Position numbers and translations under genes: made by a program. DNA of 64,000 nucleotides from Nannocystis sp. (lineage in GTDB: Bacteria > Myxococcota_A > Polyangia > Nannocystales > Nannocystaceae): NCBI GenBank assembly GCA_016712315.1, contig JADJRG010000022.1, positions 1,058,522-1,122,521 of the forward strand, in the 5' to 3' direction. The first letter of the stretch is position 1, and each line of letters opens with the position of its first letter. Of the stretch, positions 53,301 through 63,337 are shown in pieces. Under the pieces are notes generated by a model. That model saw only the letters and a program-made list of their open reading frames with translations. It made no database searches and was not told the origin of the DNA.

Positions 53301-54635
53301 ATGCTCACCGCGGTGTCGACCCCTGAGGCCGCGCGTCCGCCTCCACCCGCGGCCCCTTGGGCGGCCTCCTGGTGCACCGTCGGCGTCACCGGCACCAACG
53401 GCAAGTCCTCCACCACCGCCCTGCTCGCCGCGGCCCTCGCCAGCGACGGCGAGCCGGTGCTCGCGGCCACCACCCTCGGCTACCGCCTCGCCGATCGCCC
53501 CCTGCCGACCCCCTCGAGCTGGCGCGACTTCCTCGACCTCTGCGCCCTCGCCGACCGCCGCGGGTGCCGCCGCGCCGCCGTCGAGCTCACCAGCCAAGCC
53601 CTCGCCCGCGGCCACGCGCGCCGCTGGCGCTTCGACCACGCCATCTTCACCAACCTCTCCGAGGATCACCTCAGCGCCCACGGCTCCTGGGAGCACTACC
53701 TCGCCAGCAAGGCGCAGCTCTTCATCAACCTCGGACCTGGCCGAAGGGCCATCCTCAACGCCGCCGATCCGGCCGCGCTCCTCCTCGATCAAGTCATCCC
53801 CGGCGACGTCGAGCGCCTCTGGTACGGCGCGCCCAGCCGCGGCGAATTTCACACCGCACCTGCCCTCGCCGCCGAACGTATCGACGTTAGCGCCCGCGGC
53901 ACCGAGATCCACCTCCAGCCCTCGCCGCTGGCCGCCGCCCTCGGCGCGCGCCTCCACCTCCAGATGATCGGCGAGATCTACGCCGAGAACGCCCTCGCCG
54001 CGGCCGCCGCCGCCCTCACCTGCGGCCTCCCCGGCGCGGCGATCGCCGCCGCCCTCGCCGCCACGCCGCCGCTCCCTGGCCGCTTCGAGCTCCTCTGCGC
54101 CGCCCCGCTGATCGCCATCGACTACGCCCACACCCCTGACGCCCTCACCCGCACCATGGCGACCGCCCGGCGCCTCGCCGGTGACGGCCGCGTGATCGTC
54201 GTCTTCGGCGCCGGCGGCGGCGCCGATCCTGGCAAGCGCCCCGCGATGGGCGCCGCCGTCGGCGACGCCGCGGACCTCGCGATCATCACCAACGACAACC
54301 CCCGCGACGAGCCACCAGAGCAGATCGCCGCCGCCTTGCACGCCGGCGCGATCGGACGCAGGGCCGAGCTCATGCGCCAGCTCGACCGGGCTCAAGCGAT
54401 CTCCGCCGCCCTCGCCGCGGCGCAGCCGAGCGATATCGTCGTTATCGCCGGGAAGGGCCACGAGCGCGGCCAGAGCGCCCGAGGTACGATCTCGCCCTTC
54501 TCCGATCATGACGTTGTAGCAGCCCTCATCGGTGAGCGAGAGATCGGCCTTTGTCCCAGCCATTCGACCTCGCGCGGCCCCGATAGCGACTTACTGTTGG
54601 GATCCGCTCGAGGCGATCCACATGGCGAACACTAA
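53301..54635 (+). CDS. Mur ligase family protein, MurE-like (short N-terminus)
   Basis: VGVTGTNGKSSTTALLAAAL (P-loop), IDYAHTPDAL, ITNDNPRDE and GKGHE are as in MurE. It is not in a dcw context and lacks the usual N-terminal domain, so it may be a paralogue with a different substrate. Confidence 0.6.
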   Translation: MLTAVSTPEAARPPPPAAPWAASWCTVGVTGTNGKSSTTALLAAALASDGEPVLAATTLGYRLADRPLPTPSSWRDFLDLCALADRRGCRRAAVELTSQALARGHARRWRFDHAIFTNLSEDHLSAHGSWEHYLASKAQLFINLGPGRRAILNAADPAALLLDQVIPGDVERLWYGAPSRGEFHTAPALAAERIDVSARGTEIHLQPSPLAAALGARLHLQMIGEIYAENALAAAAAALTCGLPGAAIAAALAATPPLPGRFELLCAAPLIAIDYAHTPDALTRTMATARRLAGDGRVIVVFGAGGGADPGKRPAMGAAVGDAADLAIITNDNPRDEPPEQIAAALHAGAIGRRAELMRQLDRAQAISAALAAAQPSDIVVIAGKGHERGQSARGTISPFSDHDVVAALIGEREIGLCPSHSTSRGPDSDLLLGSARGDPHGEH

Positions 54636-55920
54636 AAACCAAACACGCGCCATGCTGGTCGAAGACGAGGAGAACGCCCGGTCGGCGCTCGTCGCCCTGC
54701 TCGAGGACGAAGGCTTCGCCGTGCGCGCCGCCGCTGACGGAGCAGAGGCGCTCCTCATCCTCAAGGCCTGGCACCCCGACGTCATCCTCACGGACATCAA
54801 GATGCCGCGCGTCGACGGCCTCGAGCTGCTCACCCTCCTCGAGACCCAGCTCGCGGCGGTGCCGGTCATCGTCATGACCGCCTACGGATCGATCGACGAC
54901 GCCGTCGACGCCATGCGCCGCGGCGCCGCCGACTACATCACCAAGCCGATCGCGCTGGATCGACTGCTCCCGGCGATCCAGCGGGTGCTCACCCGCGCCG
55001 CGGCGCAGGCCGCCACCGGCGATCTGATCGGCGGGCGCTACCGGCTCGAGGGCAAGCTCGGCGAGGGGGCCATGGGCGCCGTGTATCGCACCACACAGTT
55101 GGAGCTCCGACGACCCGCCGCGATCAAGATGTTGAACCGCGGCCACGACCTCCCCAAGGCGCGCGCGCGGCTCCTCCGCGAGGCGAAGGCGTGCGCCGCG
55201 CTCCACCACCCGCACGCCGTCCAGATCTACGACGTCGGCGAGGACGACGGCCGCCCCTACATCGTCATGGAGCTGCTCGACGGCGAGGATCTCTGGTCGC
55301 GGATGAGCGCCCGCGAGGGCCCGCTCGGCGTCGCCGCGGCGCTCTCGATCGGCCAGCAGATCGCCTCCGTGCTGATCGCCGCCCACCGCGTCGGCCTCGT
55401 CCACCGCGACATCAAGCCGGAGAACATCTTCCTCGAGCGCTTTGGGGGCGCCGAGCGGGTGCGGATCCTCGACTTCGGCGCCGCCTTGATCGCCGAGCCG
55501 AGCGCCCACGCGCCCCGCCTCACCCAAGAGGGCGCCGTGATCGGCACCCCCCTCTACATCGCCCCCGAGCAGGCCCTTTGCCGCGACGTCGGCCCTCCCG
55601 CTGACATCTACGCCTTCGGCTGCGTGCTCTACGAGATCGTCACCGGCGCCTTGCCGTTCGCGGGCAGCAACATCGAGGTGATGGCCGCGCATATCCAAGC
55701 GGCACCCTCGCGCCCGAGCGAGCGCCGCGTCGCGCTCCCGCACGCGCTCGATCGCCTGATCATGGAGATGCTCGCCAAGGCGCCCGAGCTTCGCCCCACC
55801 GCCGCCGACGTCGAGTCCCAGCTCGCCGCGATCGCCGCGGGCGAAGGGCTCGCTCCCGCCCCGTGGGATCTCCACGCTGCGCCCCGGCACGCGGCCGCGC
55901 GCGTCGAAGGGCCCACCTGA
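54622..55920 (+). CDS. Response-regulator receiver domain fused to a Ser/Thr protein kinase
   Basis: REC domain with MLVEDEENARSALVALLEDEGF…DVILTDIKMPRVDGLEL. Hanks-type kinase with GEGAMGAVYR…AIK…HRDIKPENIF…DFG…APE. Confidence 0.85.
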   Translation: MANTKNQTRAMLVEDEENARSALVALLEDEGFAVRAAADGAEALLILKAWHPDVILTDIKMPRVDGLELLTLLETQLAAVPVIVMTAYGSIDDAVDAMRRGAADYITKPIALDRLLPAIQRVLTRAAAQAATGDLIGGRYRLEGKLGEGAMGAVYRTTQLELRRPAAIKMLNRGHDLPKARARLLREAKACAALHHPHAVQIYDVGEDDGRPYIVMELLDGEDLWSRMSAREGPLGVAAALSIGQQIASVLIAAHRVGLVHRDIKPENIFLERFGGAERVRILDFGAALIAEPSAHAPRLTQEGAVIGTPLYIAPEQALCRDVGPPADIYAFGCVLYEIVTGALPFAGSNIEVMAAHIQAAPSRPSERRVALPHALDRLIMEMLAKAPELRPTAADVESQLAAIAAGEGLAPAPWDLHAAPRHAAARVEGPT

Positions 55921-56031
55921 CCCACGAGCCACCTCCAGCGCCCTCGGGGCGCCAACAAAAAAAGATCCCACAAGGTGTCAGCCCCCGGCGATCCTCGGCG
56001 TTACGGTCCTCGTCACCCAAGAGAGTCCCCC

Positions 56032-58260
56032 ATGCGAAGCTGGCTCCCCTCGCTCCTCCTCGTCGCCCCCCTCGCCTTCACCGGCTGCCGCCCCAGCGCG
56101 CCTGTCACCCCGATCGTCGGCGGAGGAGGAGGCGCCGTCGATCCGCTCCCCCCGCAGAACACCGCCTACAACGCCCCGCCGCACCTCTTTAGCCCGCGCC
56201 CACACCCCCCGCGGCAGCGCATCATCGCCCCGCCGCCGCCGATGGGGGCGCTGCCGCCGCTCGTGAACAACCTCGAGCTCTGCTACCCCGAGCTCCGCCG
56301 CCCCTCGCCCGTCATCGCTCAGGGCAAATCCAAGCCCAAGCCCGTCGCCAAGGGAGGGAGCAGCAGCGGCGTCGGCTCCGGGTACGGCTCCGGCAGCGGC
56401 AGCGGCGGCTACAAGAACGTCCCCTATCAGCCGGCGCCGTCGTCGACCCCGCCGCAGCCCGAGCCGCCCAGGGAGTCGAAGCAGGCCGCCGCCAGCAAGC
56501 GGCCCGGCGACAGCAACAGCGGCGGAGGTCGAGCAGGCGGCGCCGTCAGCGGCAGCCTCGGCGGCGTCGCGGGCGGCGTCGCGGGCGGCGTGCTCGGCGG
56601 AGCCACCGCGGCAGACGACGCAGGATCCGGCGGCGAGGTCGCAAAAAAGACCGCCCAGCCCAGCAAGCGGGCCGAAGCCGAGCCGAAGAAGAAGCTCGCG
56701 GACATGCAGCGACACGCCGAAGACGAGCGCGCGCGCCCCTCCGCCCCGTCGCCCGCGGGCGCCCCTGCCGCCGACTACGAGTCGGTCGCCGCCGAGGAGG
56801 CCCCTCTGATCGCCACCGCGCCCCCCTACAACTACAAGGACGACTTCCAAGACTGGGGCCAAGCCACCTATCTCTCCAACGACGACACGATGAGCCTCAG
56901 CTCCGCGCAGCGGATCATCTACGCGATCGATCGTTACCTCCCGATCGCCCCGAGCCACATCCGCCAGCACGAGCTCCTCAATTATTTCAGCTTTGAGACC
57001 GCCCCCGTCGCCCCCCAGGACGACTTCTCTGTGCTCCCCAACCTCGCGCCGAGCCCGGGCAAGCCGGGCCTCTTCGACCTCACCCTCGCCGTGCAAGGCA
57101 AGCCCGTCGATCGAGACAGCCGGCGCAACGCCAACGCCACCTTCGTCATCGATCGCTCTGGGTCGATGAGCGCTGAGGGCCGCATGGAGTACCTCAAGCG
57201 CGGCCTGCGGCGTATGACCTCCGAGCTCAAGACCGGCGACGTCGTCAACATCGTCCTCTTCGACCACGAGGTCTGCGCCCCGCTCGAGAGCTTCGTCGTC
57301 GGCCGCGACCGCCCCGAGCTGCTCGCCCAAGCGATCGACGCGATGCGCCCGCGCGGCGCCACCGACGTCTACAGCGGGCTCAGCCGCGGCTACCAGCTCG
57401 CCGATCACGCCTATCAGCCCAGCTACAACAACCGCGTCGTCCTCATCACCGACGCGCTCACCAACACCGGCGTCACCGACGCCCGCACGATCGCCCTCGT
57501 CGGCAAGTTCTACGACGATCGCCGGATCCGCCTCTCCGGCGTCGGCGTCGGCGCGGACTTCAACGACGAGCTCCTCGACCGCCTCACCGAGCGGGGCAAG
57601 GGCGCCTACGTCTTCCTCGGCTCCGAGGCGGAGGTCGACGCCGTCTTCGGCGGCCGCTTCATCTCCTTGCTCGAGACCACCGCCCTCGACGTCCACTTCC
57701 AGCTCCACCTGCCGCCCTCGCTGCGCCTCAACGTCTTCCACGGCGAGGAGTCCTCCGCGATCAAAGAGGAGGTCCAAGCGATCCACTACTTCGCCAACAC
57801 CGCGCAGCTCTTCGCCTCGGAGCTGATGGCCCGCGGCGACGCGCTGCGGCCGCAGGACTCGATCATGTTGACTATCGAGTACCAAGATCCTGAGACCGGC
57901 GCGGCGATGGTCGAGGAGCGCGCCTGGACGCTCGGTGAGATCTCCGGTGAGTCCACCAACACCCGCAAGGCCCGGCTCTTGCTCGGCTTCGTCCAGCGGG
58001 TCGGCGCCCTCGCCATGAGGTCACCTCCCCCCTCCTACCAGCGGCGCGAGCTCGGGTGGGTCGATGAAGACGCCTGGCAGATCTGCGACGAGGGCGCGAG
58101 CGCGCTCCAGAGCCTCAGCGACGGCCTCAGCGACGATCCCGAGGCGGCCCGCGTGCGCGCCCTGTGGAGCAAGCTCTGCTCGCGCTACGCCCCGCCGACG
58201 CGGCCCGTGCAGACGCGGCCGCAGCCGCAGCCGCAGGGTTGGCCCGCCGCCCGCGAGTGA
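56032..58260 (+). CDS. Lipoprotein with Gly/Ser-rich region and a von Willebrand factor type A (VWA) domain
   Basis: ATG 56032 (MRSWLPSLLLVAPLAFTGC lipobox). The VWA domain carries the MIDAS motif ATFVIDRSGSMSAEGR…VVNIVLFDHEV…VVLITDALTNTG. Confidence 0.8.
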   Translation: MRSWLPSLLLVAPLAFTGCRPSAPVTPIVGGGGGAVDPLPPQNTAYNAPPHLFSPRPHPPRQRIIAPPPPMGALPPLVNNLELCYPELRRPSPVIAQGKSKPKPVAKGGSSSGVGSGYGSGSGSGGYKNVPYQPAPSSTPPQPEPPRESKQAAASKRPGDSNSGGGRAGGAVSGSLGGVAGGVAGGVLGGATAADDAGSGGEVAKKTAQPSKRAEAEPKKKLADMQRHAEDERARPSAPSPAGAPAADYESVAAEEAPLIATAPPYNYKDDFQDWGQATYLSNDDTMSLSSAQRIIYAIDRYLPIAPSHIRQHELLNYFSFETAPVAPQDDFSVLPNLAPSPGKPGLFDLTLAVQGKPVDRDSRRNANATFVIDRSGSMSAEGRMEYLKRGLRRMTSELKTGDVVNIVLFDHEVCAPLESFVVGRDRPELLAQAIDAMRPRGATDVYSGLSRGYQLADHAYQPSYNNRVVLITDALTNTGVTDARTIALVGKFYDDRRIRLSGVGVGADFNDELLDRLTERGKGAYVFLGSEAEVDAVFGGRFISLLETTALDVHFQLHLPPSLRLNVFHGEESSAIKEEVQAIHYFANTAQLFASELMARGDALRPQDSIMLTIEYQDPETGAAMVEERAWTLGEISGESTNTRKARLLLGFVQRVGALAMRSPPPSYQRRELGWVDEDAWQICDEGASALQSLSDGLSDDPEAARVRALWSKLCSRYAPPTRPVQTRPQPQPQGWPAARE

Positions 58261-58329
58261 TCCTCGCTGGAAAAACTTGCCGGCGCGCGGGCGCTGGATC
58301 TCCGCCGGGGCGTATGCGAACCTCAGAAC

Positions 58330-59799
58330 ATGAACTACAACGCCGTTCTTTGGCCCGTCGCCTCGCTCACGCTGGTCAGCCTCCTTTGTAGCCCGGCCAG
58401 CGCCGCGGACGAGCCCGGACGGCGGCTCTTCGGCGCCCCTGTCGTTGAGGCGCCGGAGCTCAGCGAACAAGAGCAGGCCGAGCGCCGCGCCGACTTTGAG
58501 GCGATGCTCGAGGAGCGCGGCTGGCAGGTCCAAGGCGACGTCGTCGGCCCAGCCGAGCTCTTCGCCGCCCCCGATCCGCAGGCCACCCAGGCCGCGGAGT
58601 GGCAGTACGAGCCCCACCGCGCCACCATCTTCCTCAACTTCTTCGGCGGCCCGATGACCCCCGGCACCAACTCCGCCAAGATGCAGTCCACCTGCCTCAA
58701 GGGCGGCACCCTCGAGTACCCCGGCTTCAACGGCACCGAGGCGCAGGCGCTCGCGATCATCGAGACCTTCCAGAGCCAGCTCGCCCCCTACGGGGTCCGC
58801 CTCGCCTACGAGCAGGCCCCCCCGCCCGAGCTCCCGTACGCCATGGTGATGATGGGCGGCACCCCCGGCCTGCTCGGCATGCAGAACGGCGTACTCGGCG
58901 TCTCGTGCAGCAGCGACTGCGGCGATCGATGGTGGCGCGACGCGACCTTCGCCTTCACCGCCGCCGCCTCCGCCAGCCAGACCAACACCCTCGCCACCAC
59001 CGCCCTACACGAGGCCGCCCACGCCTTCGGCCTCGCCCACATCGACAAGAGTTTCAACTCTGGCTACATCATGCACCCCTACGTCGACCAGAAGCCGCGC
59101 GTCTGGGCGCAGGACTGCATCGGCTACAACGACGCCACCGGCGGGATCAACTGCCAGTCGACCCACGACATCTTCTGCGGCGGCGGCGCGCAGAACACCC
59201 ACGCCGAGCTGCTCGCCTACTTCGGCGTCAACGGCCCCGACACCGAGGCCCCGACCGTCTCGATCCTCACCCCCACGGACGGCCAAGAGCTCCCCGCCGG
59301 CACCGACATCTCGATCGAGGCCGACATCACCGACAACTTCGAGGGCGTCGGCTGGAAGCTCTTGATCTACCAAGACGGCAACCTCATCGACGAGCGCCCC
59401 GCCTTCGTCTTCGAGCGCAAGTGGGGGTTCAGCAAGCTCCCCGCCGGCACCTATCGCTTCGTCGTGCAAGCCATCGATCACGACCGCAACATCGGCGCCG
59501 ACGAGGTCACCGTCTTCGTCGGCAACGCCACCCCCGAGACCGGCTCGGACACGGACAGCACCGGCGGCACGGACGGCACCGGCGGCACCGGCGGCACCGG
59601 CGGCACCGGGGACACCGCGGGCACCGGCGGCGTCACCGGCGTCACCGGCGGCACCGCAGGCGCCACCGACACCGCGACCGACACGGCCGGCATCGATGAG
59701 GACGACGGCTGCGGCTGCACCAGCGCCCCGCGCCCCGCCGACAGCCTCTGGCTGCTCACCGGCCTGCTCGGCCTCTTCGCCCGCCGCCGCCGCCGCTAG
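58330..59799 (+). CDS. Secreted metzincin-type zinc metalloprotease (HEAAHAFGLAH) with Ig-like domain, Thr/Gly linker and MYXO-CTERM
   Basis: Signal peptide; HExxHxxGxxH motif; C-terminus DDGCGCTSAPRPADSLWLLTGLLGLFARRRRR. Confidence 0.85.
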   Translation: MNYNAVLWPVASLTLVSLLCSPASAADEPGRRLFGAPVVEAPELSEQEQAERRADFEAMLEERGWQVQGDVVGPAELFAAPDPQATQAAEWQYEPHRATIFLNFFGGPMTPGTNSAKMQSTCLKGGTLEYPGFNGTEAQALAIIETFQSQLAPYGVRLAYEQAPPPELPYAMVMMGGTPGLLGMQNGVLGVSCSSDCGDRWWRDATFAFTAAASASQTNTLATTALHEAAHAFGLAHIDKSFNSGYIMHPYVDQKPRVWAQDCIGYNDATGGINCQSTHDIFCGGGAQNTHAELLAYFGVNGPDTEAPTVSILTPTDGQELPAGTDISIEADITDNFEGVGWKLLIYQDGNLIDERPAFVFERKWGFSKLPAGTYRFVVQAIDHDRNIGADEVTVFVGNATPETGSDTDSTGGTDGTGGTGGTGGTGDTAGTGGVTGVTGGTAGATDTATDTAGIDEDDGCGCTSAPRPADSLWLLTGLLGLFARRRRR

Positions 59800-61340
59800 C
59801 CGAGGCGGTCCAAACACACGCCTTGCCGGCGCGGATCGCCCGCGCCGTGCAGCGCTCCGTCCGGCTCGCGCACCACCGCGTGCACCCCGCCGAAGAACAT
59901 GTTCGTCGCCGGCCAGAACGTGTGCTCGGTGAAGAGCGCGGCCAGGCGCTCGTAGGCCGCCGCCGAGAGCCCCGGCTCGACGTTGAGGTGCCCGTCGTCG
60001 AAGTGCAGGCGCGGCGCCGCGACCGCCTCCGCGATCGACATCCCATGATCGAGGCGATTCACCAGCACCTGCAAGATCGCCGAGCGGATCCGCTTGGAGC
60101 CGCCGCTGCCGAGCACCATCAGCCCGCCGTCGTCGCCCAGCACCGCCGTCGGCGACATCATCGACGCCATCCGCGTCGCCGGCGCCCACGCGTGGAAGCC
60201 GCCCGGGTTCAGGTCCTCCTCGCCGAGCATATTGTTCAGCATCGTACCTGTCCCTGGGACCATATAGCCGCAGCCCTCGCCGTTCGACGCCGTGATCGCG
60301 GCCGCGTTGCCGTCGCGATCGATCACGCTCAGGTGCGTCGTCCCGCGCGTGGCCAGCGGCGCCGCCTCGAGCTCCGCCATCGCCTCCGCGATCACCTCAG
60401 GGTCGAGCAAGATCGGGATCGCCCCGTGCCGACCGCGCGCCCGCTGCGTCGCCGCCTGCACCTCCGCCAGCAGCGCCGCGTACTCAGCCTGTCCGAAGGG
60501 CAAGGCCTTGAGATCCCGCCCCGCCAGCAGCGCCAGGCCGAACGCGATCAGCAGCCCGCCAGAGGACGGCGGCGGGTTCGTAAGCAGCTCCGCGCCGCGG
60601 TAGCGCAGGCGCAGCGGCTCGCGCACGATCACCTGATAAGCGCGCAGATCCTCGCGCGTCAGGTGCCCGCCGTGCTCCCGGCTCAGCCGCTCGATCGACG
60701 CCGCGATCTCGCCCTCGTAGAAGAGCCGATCGCCCTCGTAGGCCATCGCCTCGAAGAGCCCGCCCAGCTCCGCGTTCGCGAAGAAGTCGCCCGCCTGGAG
60801 GATCGTCCCCGCCGCGTCGCCGCGGGTGAAGATCGCCCGCGACGCCGCGCTGTGCCGCAAGATCGGCGCGATCACCTGCATGATGTACGACTGGAACGAC
60901 GTGAGGATCATGCCCTTGCGCGCCGCCGCGATCGCGGGCGCCATCACCTCCGCCATCGGCAGCGCCCCGTGCGCCCGATGCACCGCGAAGATCCCCCGCG
61001 CCAGCCCCGGCGTCGCCGCGGATCCGAGGCCGATATGAAACTCCTGCTGCGCCGCCCCGAAGTCGGCGACGATCGGCTGAAAGTCCAGCCCCTCGCGCTC
61101 GCGCTTGCAGATCGGCGTATGCACGAAGAAGTCGTAGAGCCGCGCCTCACCGTCGGCCGTGCGCACCAGGCAGAACGCGCCGCCCCCGAGCGAGCACAGC
61201 GACGGCTCGGCCACGCAGCTCATACAGAGCGCGGCGATCGCCGCGTCGACCGCGTTACCGCCGGCCTCGAGGACCTTCAGCGCGGCCTCTGCCGTGAGGG
61301 GGTGTCCAGCGGCGACGCAGCCGCGAGGCGAGCTCGACAT
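59796..61340 (-). CDS. ggt: Gamma-glutamyltranspeptidase
   Basis: …TTHLSVIDRDGNAAAITASNGEGCGYMVPGTGTMLNNMLGEED… contains the catalytic Thr and conserved GGT motifs. The start is taken as the MSSSPRG… Met inside ORF 59796..61433, but the exact coordinate is uncertain by a few nt. Confidence 0.85.
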   Translation of the reverse strand: MSSSPRGCVAAGHPLTAEAALKVLEAGGNAVDAAIAALCMSCVAEPSLCSLGGGAFCLVRTADGEARLYDFFVHTPICKREREGLDFQPIVADFGAAQQEFHIGLGSAATPGLARGIFAVHRAHGALPMAEVMAPAIAAARKGMILTSFQSYIMQVIAPILRHSAASRAIFTRGDAAGTILQAGDFFANAELGGLFEAMAYEGDRLFYEGEIAASIERLSREHGGHLTREDLRAYQVIVREPLRLRYRGAELLTNPPPSSGGLLIAFGLALLAGRDLKALPFGQAEYAALLAEVQAATQRARGRHGAIPILLDPEVIAEAMAELEAAPLATRGTTHLSVIDRDGNAAAITASNGEGCGYMVPGTGTMLNNMLGEEDLNPGGFHAWAPATRMASMMSPTAVLGDDGGLMVLGSGGSKRIRSAILQVLVNRLDHGMSIAEAVAAPRLHFDDGHLNVEPGLSAAAYERLAALFTEHTFWPATNMFFGGVHAVVREPDGALHGAGDPRRQGVCLDRLG

Positions 61341-61431
61341 GGCCGCAGGGTGCCACAGCCGGCGCCTCTGCGGCGACCTGCGGCGGAGAATCGGCTTGGC
61401 CGCCCGCGCCCCCCCCGTTATCCTCCGCCGC

Positions 61432-62346
61432 ATGACCGCGCCCCACCCCGCCTCACCCGCCGCCCGCGCAGAGATCGTGCTCGGAGTGCTCGGCGGCTCT
61501 GGCCTCTACGCCATGAGCACCCTGCAAAACGTCCGCGCGGTGGAGCTTAGCACCCCCTTCGGCGCCCCCTCGGGCCCCTACACCGTCGGCGAGCTGCCGC
61601 GCCCTGGCCTGCCGCCGCTGCGCGCCGCCTTCCTCCCGCGCCACGGCGCCGGCCACGTGCTCTTGCCTGGCGAGATCAACTACCGCGCCAACATCCACGG
61701 CTTCAAGCAGCTCGGCGTCACCCACCTCCTCAGCGTCTCCGCCGTCGGCTCCTTGCGCGAGGAGATCGTCCCTGGCCACGTCGTCCTCCCCGATCAGCTC
61801 ATCGATCGCACCCGCGGCCGCCACAGCACCTACTTCGGCGGCGGCGTCGTCGCCCACATCCAGTTCGGCGACCCGATCGACGAGCGCCTGCGGGCCCGCG
61901 TCCTCGCCGCGGCCGAGGCCGAGGGCGCCACCGTGCACGATCGCGGCGCCCTCGTCGTCATGGAGGGCCCCGCCTTCTCCACCCGCGCCGAGTCGGAGCG
62001 TTACCGCGGCATGGGCGCCCGGATCATCGGCATGACCGCCTTACCGGAGGCCAAGCTCGCCCGCGAGGCCGAGATCAGCTACGCGATCCTCGCCCTCGCC
62101 ACCGACTACGACTGCTGGCGCGTCGGCGAGGAGGAGGTGAGCGTCCAGGCCGTCATGGCCGTCCTCCAGCGCAACGTCGCCCTGGCCCAAGCGGTCGTCC
62201 TGCGCCTCGCCGCCGGCCTGCCCTACGGCGAGGCCGATCTGCCCTACCCGCGCGCCTTGGCGCACGCGATCAACACCGCGCCCGCCAGCATCACCGCCGA
62301 GGCCCGTCAGCGGCTCGACCTCATCATCGGCCACTACCTGGCCTAA
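61432..62346 (+). CDS. mtnP: S-methyl-5'-thioadenosine phosphorylase
   Basis: ATG 61432 (MTAPHP…EIVLGVLGGSGLY…) in ORF 61159..62346; PNP/MTAP family motifs. Confidence 0.85.
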   Translation: MTAPHPASPAARAEIVLGVLGGSGLYAMSTLQNVRAVELSTPFGAPSGPYTVGELPRPGLPPLRAAFLPRHGAGHVLLPGEINYRANIHGFKQLGVTHLLSVSAVGSLREEIVPGHVVLPDQLIDRTRGRHSTYFGGGVVAHIQFGDPIDERLRARVLAAAEAEGATVHDRGALVVMEGPAFSTRAESERYRGMGARIIGMTALPEAKLAREAEISYAILALATDYDCWRVGEEEVSVQAVMAVLQRNVALAQAVVLRLAAGLPYGEADLPYPRALAHAINTAPASITAEARQRLDLIIGHYLA

Positions 62347-62377
62347 GAGCCACCCTAGCCAGAGAGCACAAGACACC

Positions 62378-63322
62378 ATGAGCGTTGAACGCCCGGATCT
62401 CCTCGTCGTCGGCAGCGTCGCTATCGACTGGATCATCACCCCCAGCGCCGAGCGCGAGGAGTCCGTCGGCGGCTCCGCGACCTTCTTCGCGATGGCCGCC
62501 GCCTACTTCGCCTCGGTGCGCCTGGTCGGCGTCGTCGGCGCTGACTTCCCGCAGCGCACCCTCGCCGACTTCCGCGCCGCCGGCGTCGACGCCGCTGGCC
62601 TGCGGATCGTCGAGGACGGCCTCACCTTCCGTTGGAAGGGCCGCTACCACGAGAACATGAACGACAGGACCACCCTAGAGACGCACCTCAACGTCTTCGA
62701 GAGCTTCGTCCCCAGCCTGCCGCCTGGCTATGAGAGCAGCGAGTACCTCTTCCTCGCCAACATCCAGCCGCAGCTCCAGCTCCAGGTCTTCGAGCGTATG
62801 GTCGGCCCGCGCCTCTGCGGCATGGACACCATGAACCTCTGGATCGACGTCGCCCGCGACGATCTCCTCCGCGTGATCGCCAAGGTCGACGTGCTCACGA
62901 TCAACGAGGAGGAGGCGCGCCTGCTCACCGGCGAGCACAACCTCGTCAAGGCCGCCCGCGGGATCCAGCGCATGGGCGCGCGCAACCTCGTCATTAAGCG
63001 CGGCGAGTACGGCGCGCTGCTCTTCGACGAGTCCGGCGACTTCTTCGTCGCGCCCGCGCTCCCCCTCGAGGAGGTCATCGATCCCACCGGCGCGGGCGAC
63101 TCCTTCGCCGGCGGATTTATGGGCTACCTCGCCCGCCGCGGCGTACCACCCAGCGGCGCGTCCTTGCGCACCGCCATGATCTACGGCTCCGTCATGGCCT
63201 CCTTCTGCGTCGAGGGCTTCTCGTACGATCGCCTCCGCGAGCTCGACGCCGCCGCGATCCAGGCCCGCTTCCGCCGCTTCGCCCAGCTCACCGACTTCGC
63301 CCACGCCCACCTCTTGAGCTGA
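62378..63322 (+). CDS. PfkB-family carbohydrate/nucleoside kinase (ribokinase-like)
   Basis: C-terminal DPTGAGDSFAGGF anion-hole motif and an N-terminal GG-containing region; 314 aa. Confidence 0.8.
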   Translation: MSVERPDLLVVGSVAIDWIITPSAEREESVGGSATFFAMAAAYFASVRLVGVVGADFPQRTLADFRAAGVDAAGLRIVEDGLTFRWKGRYHENMNDRTTLETHLNVFESFVPSLPPGYESSEYLFLANIQPQLQLQVFERMVGPRLCGMDTMNLWIDVARDDLLRVIAKVDVLTINEEEARLLTGEHNLVKAARGIQRMGARNLVIKRGEYGALLFDESGDFFVAPALPLEEVIDPTGAGDSFAGGFMGYLARRGVPPSGASLRTAMIYGSVMASFCVEGFSYDRLRELDAAAIQARFRRFAQLTDFAHAHLLS

Positions 63323-63337
63323 GCGCCGCCGAGCGGG

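Noticed and set aside
55978-57885. 635-aa minus-strand ORF, antisense to the VWA lipoprotein gene
   Set aside because: Antisense Gly/Arg/Ala-rich artefact; the plus-strand frame has a lipobox and an intact MIDAS motif.
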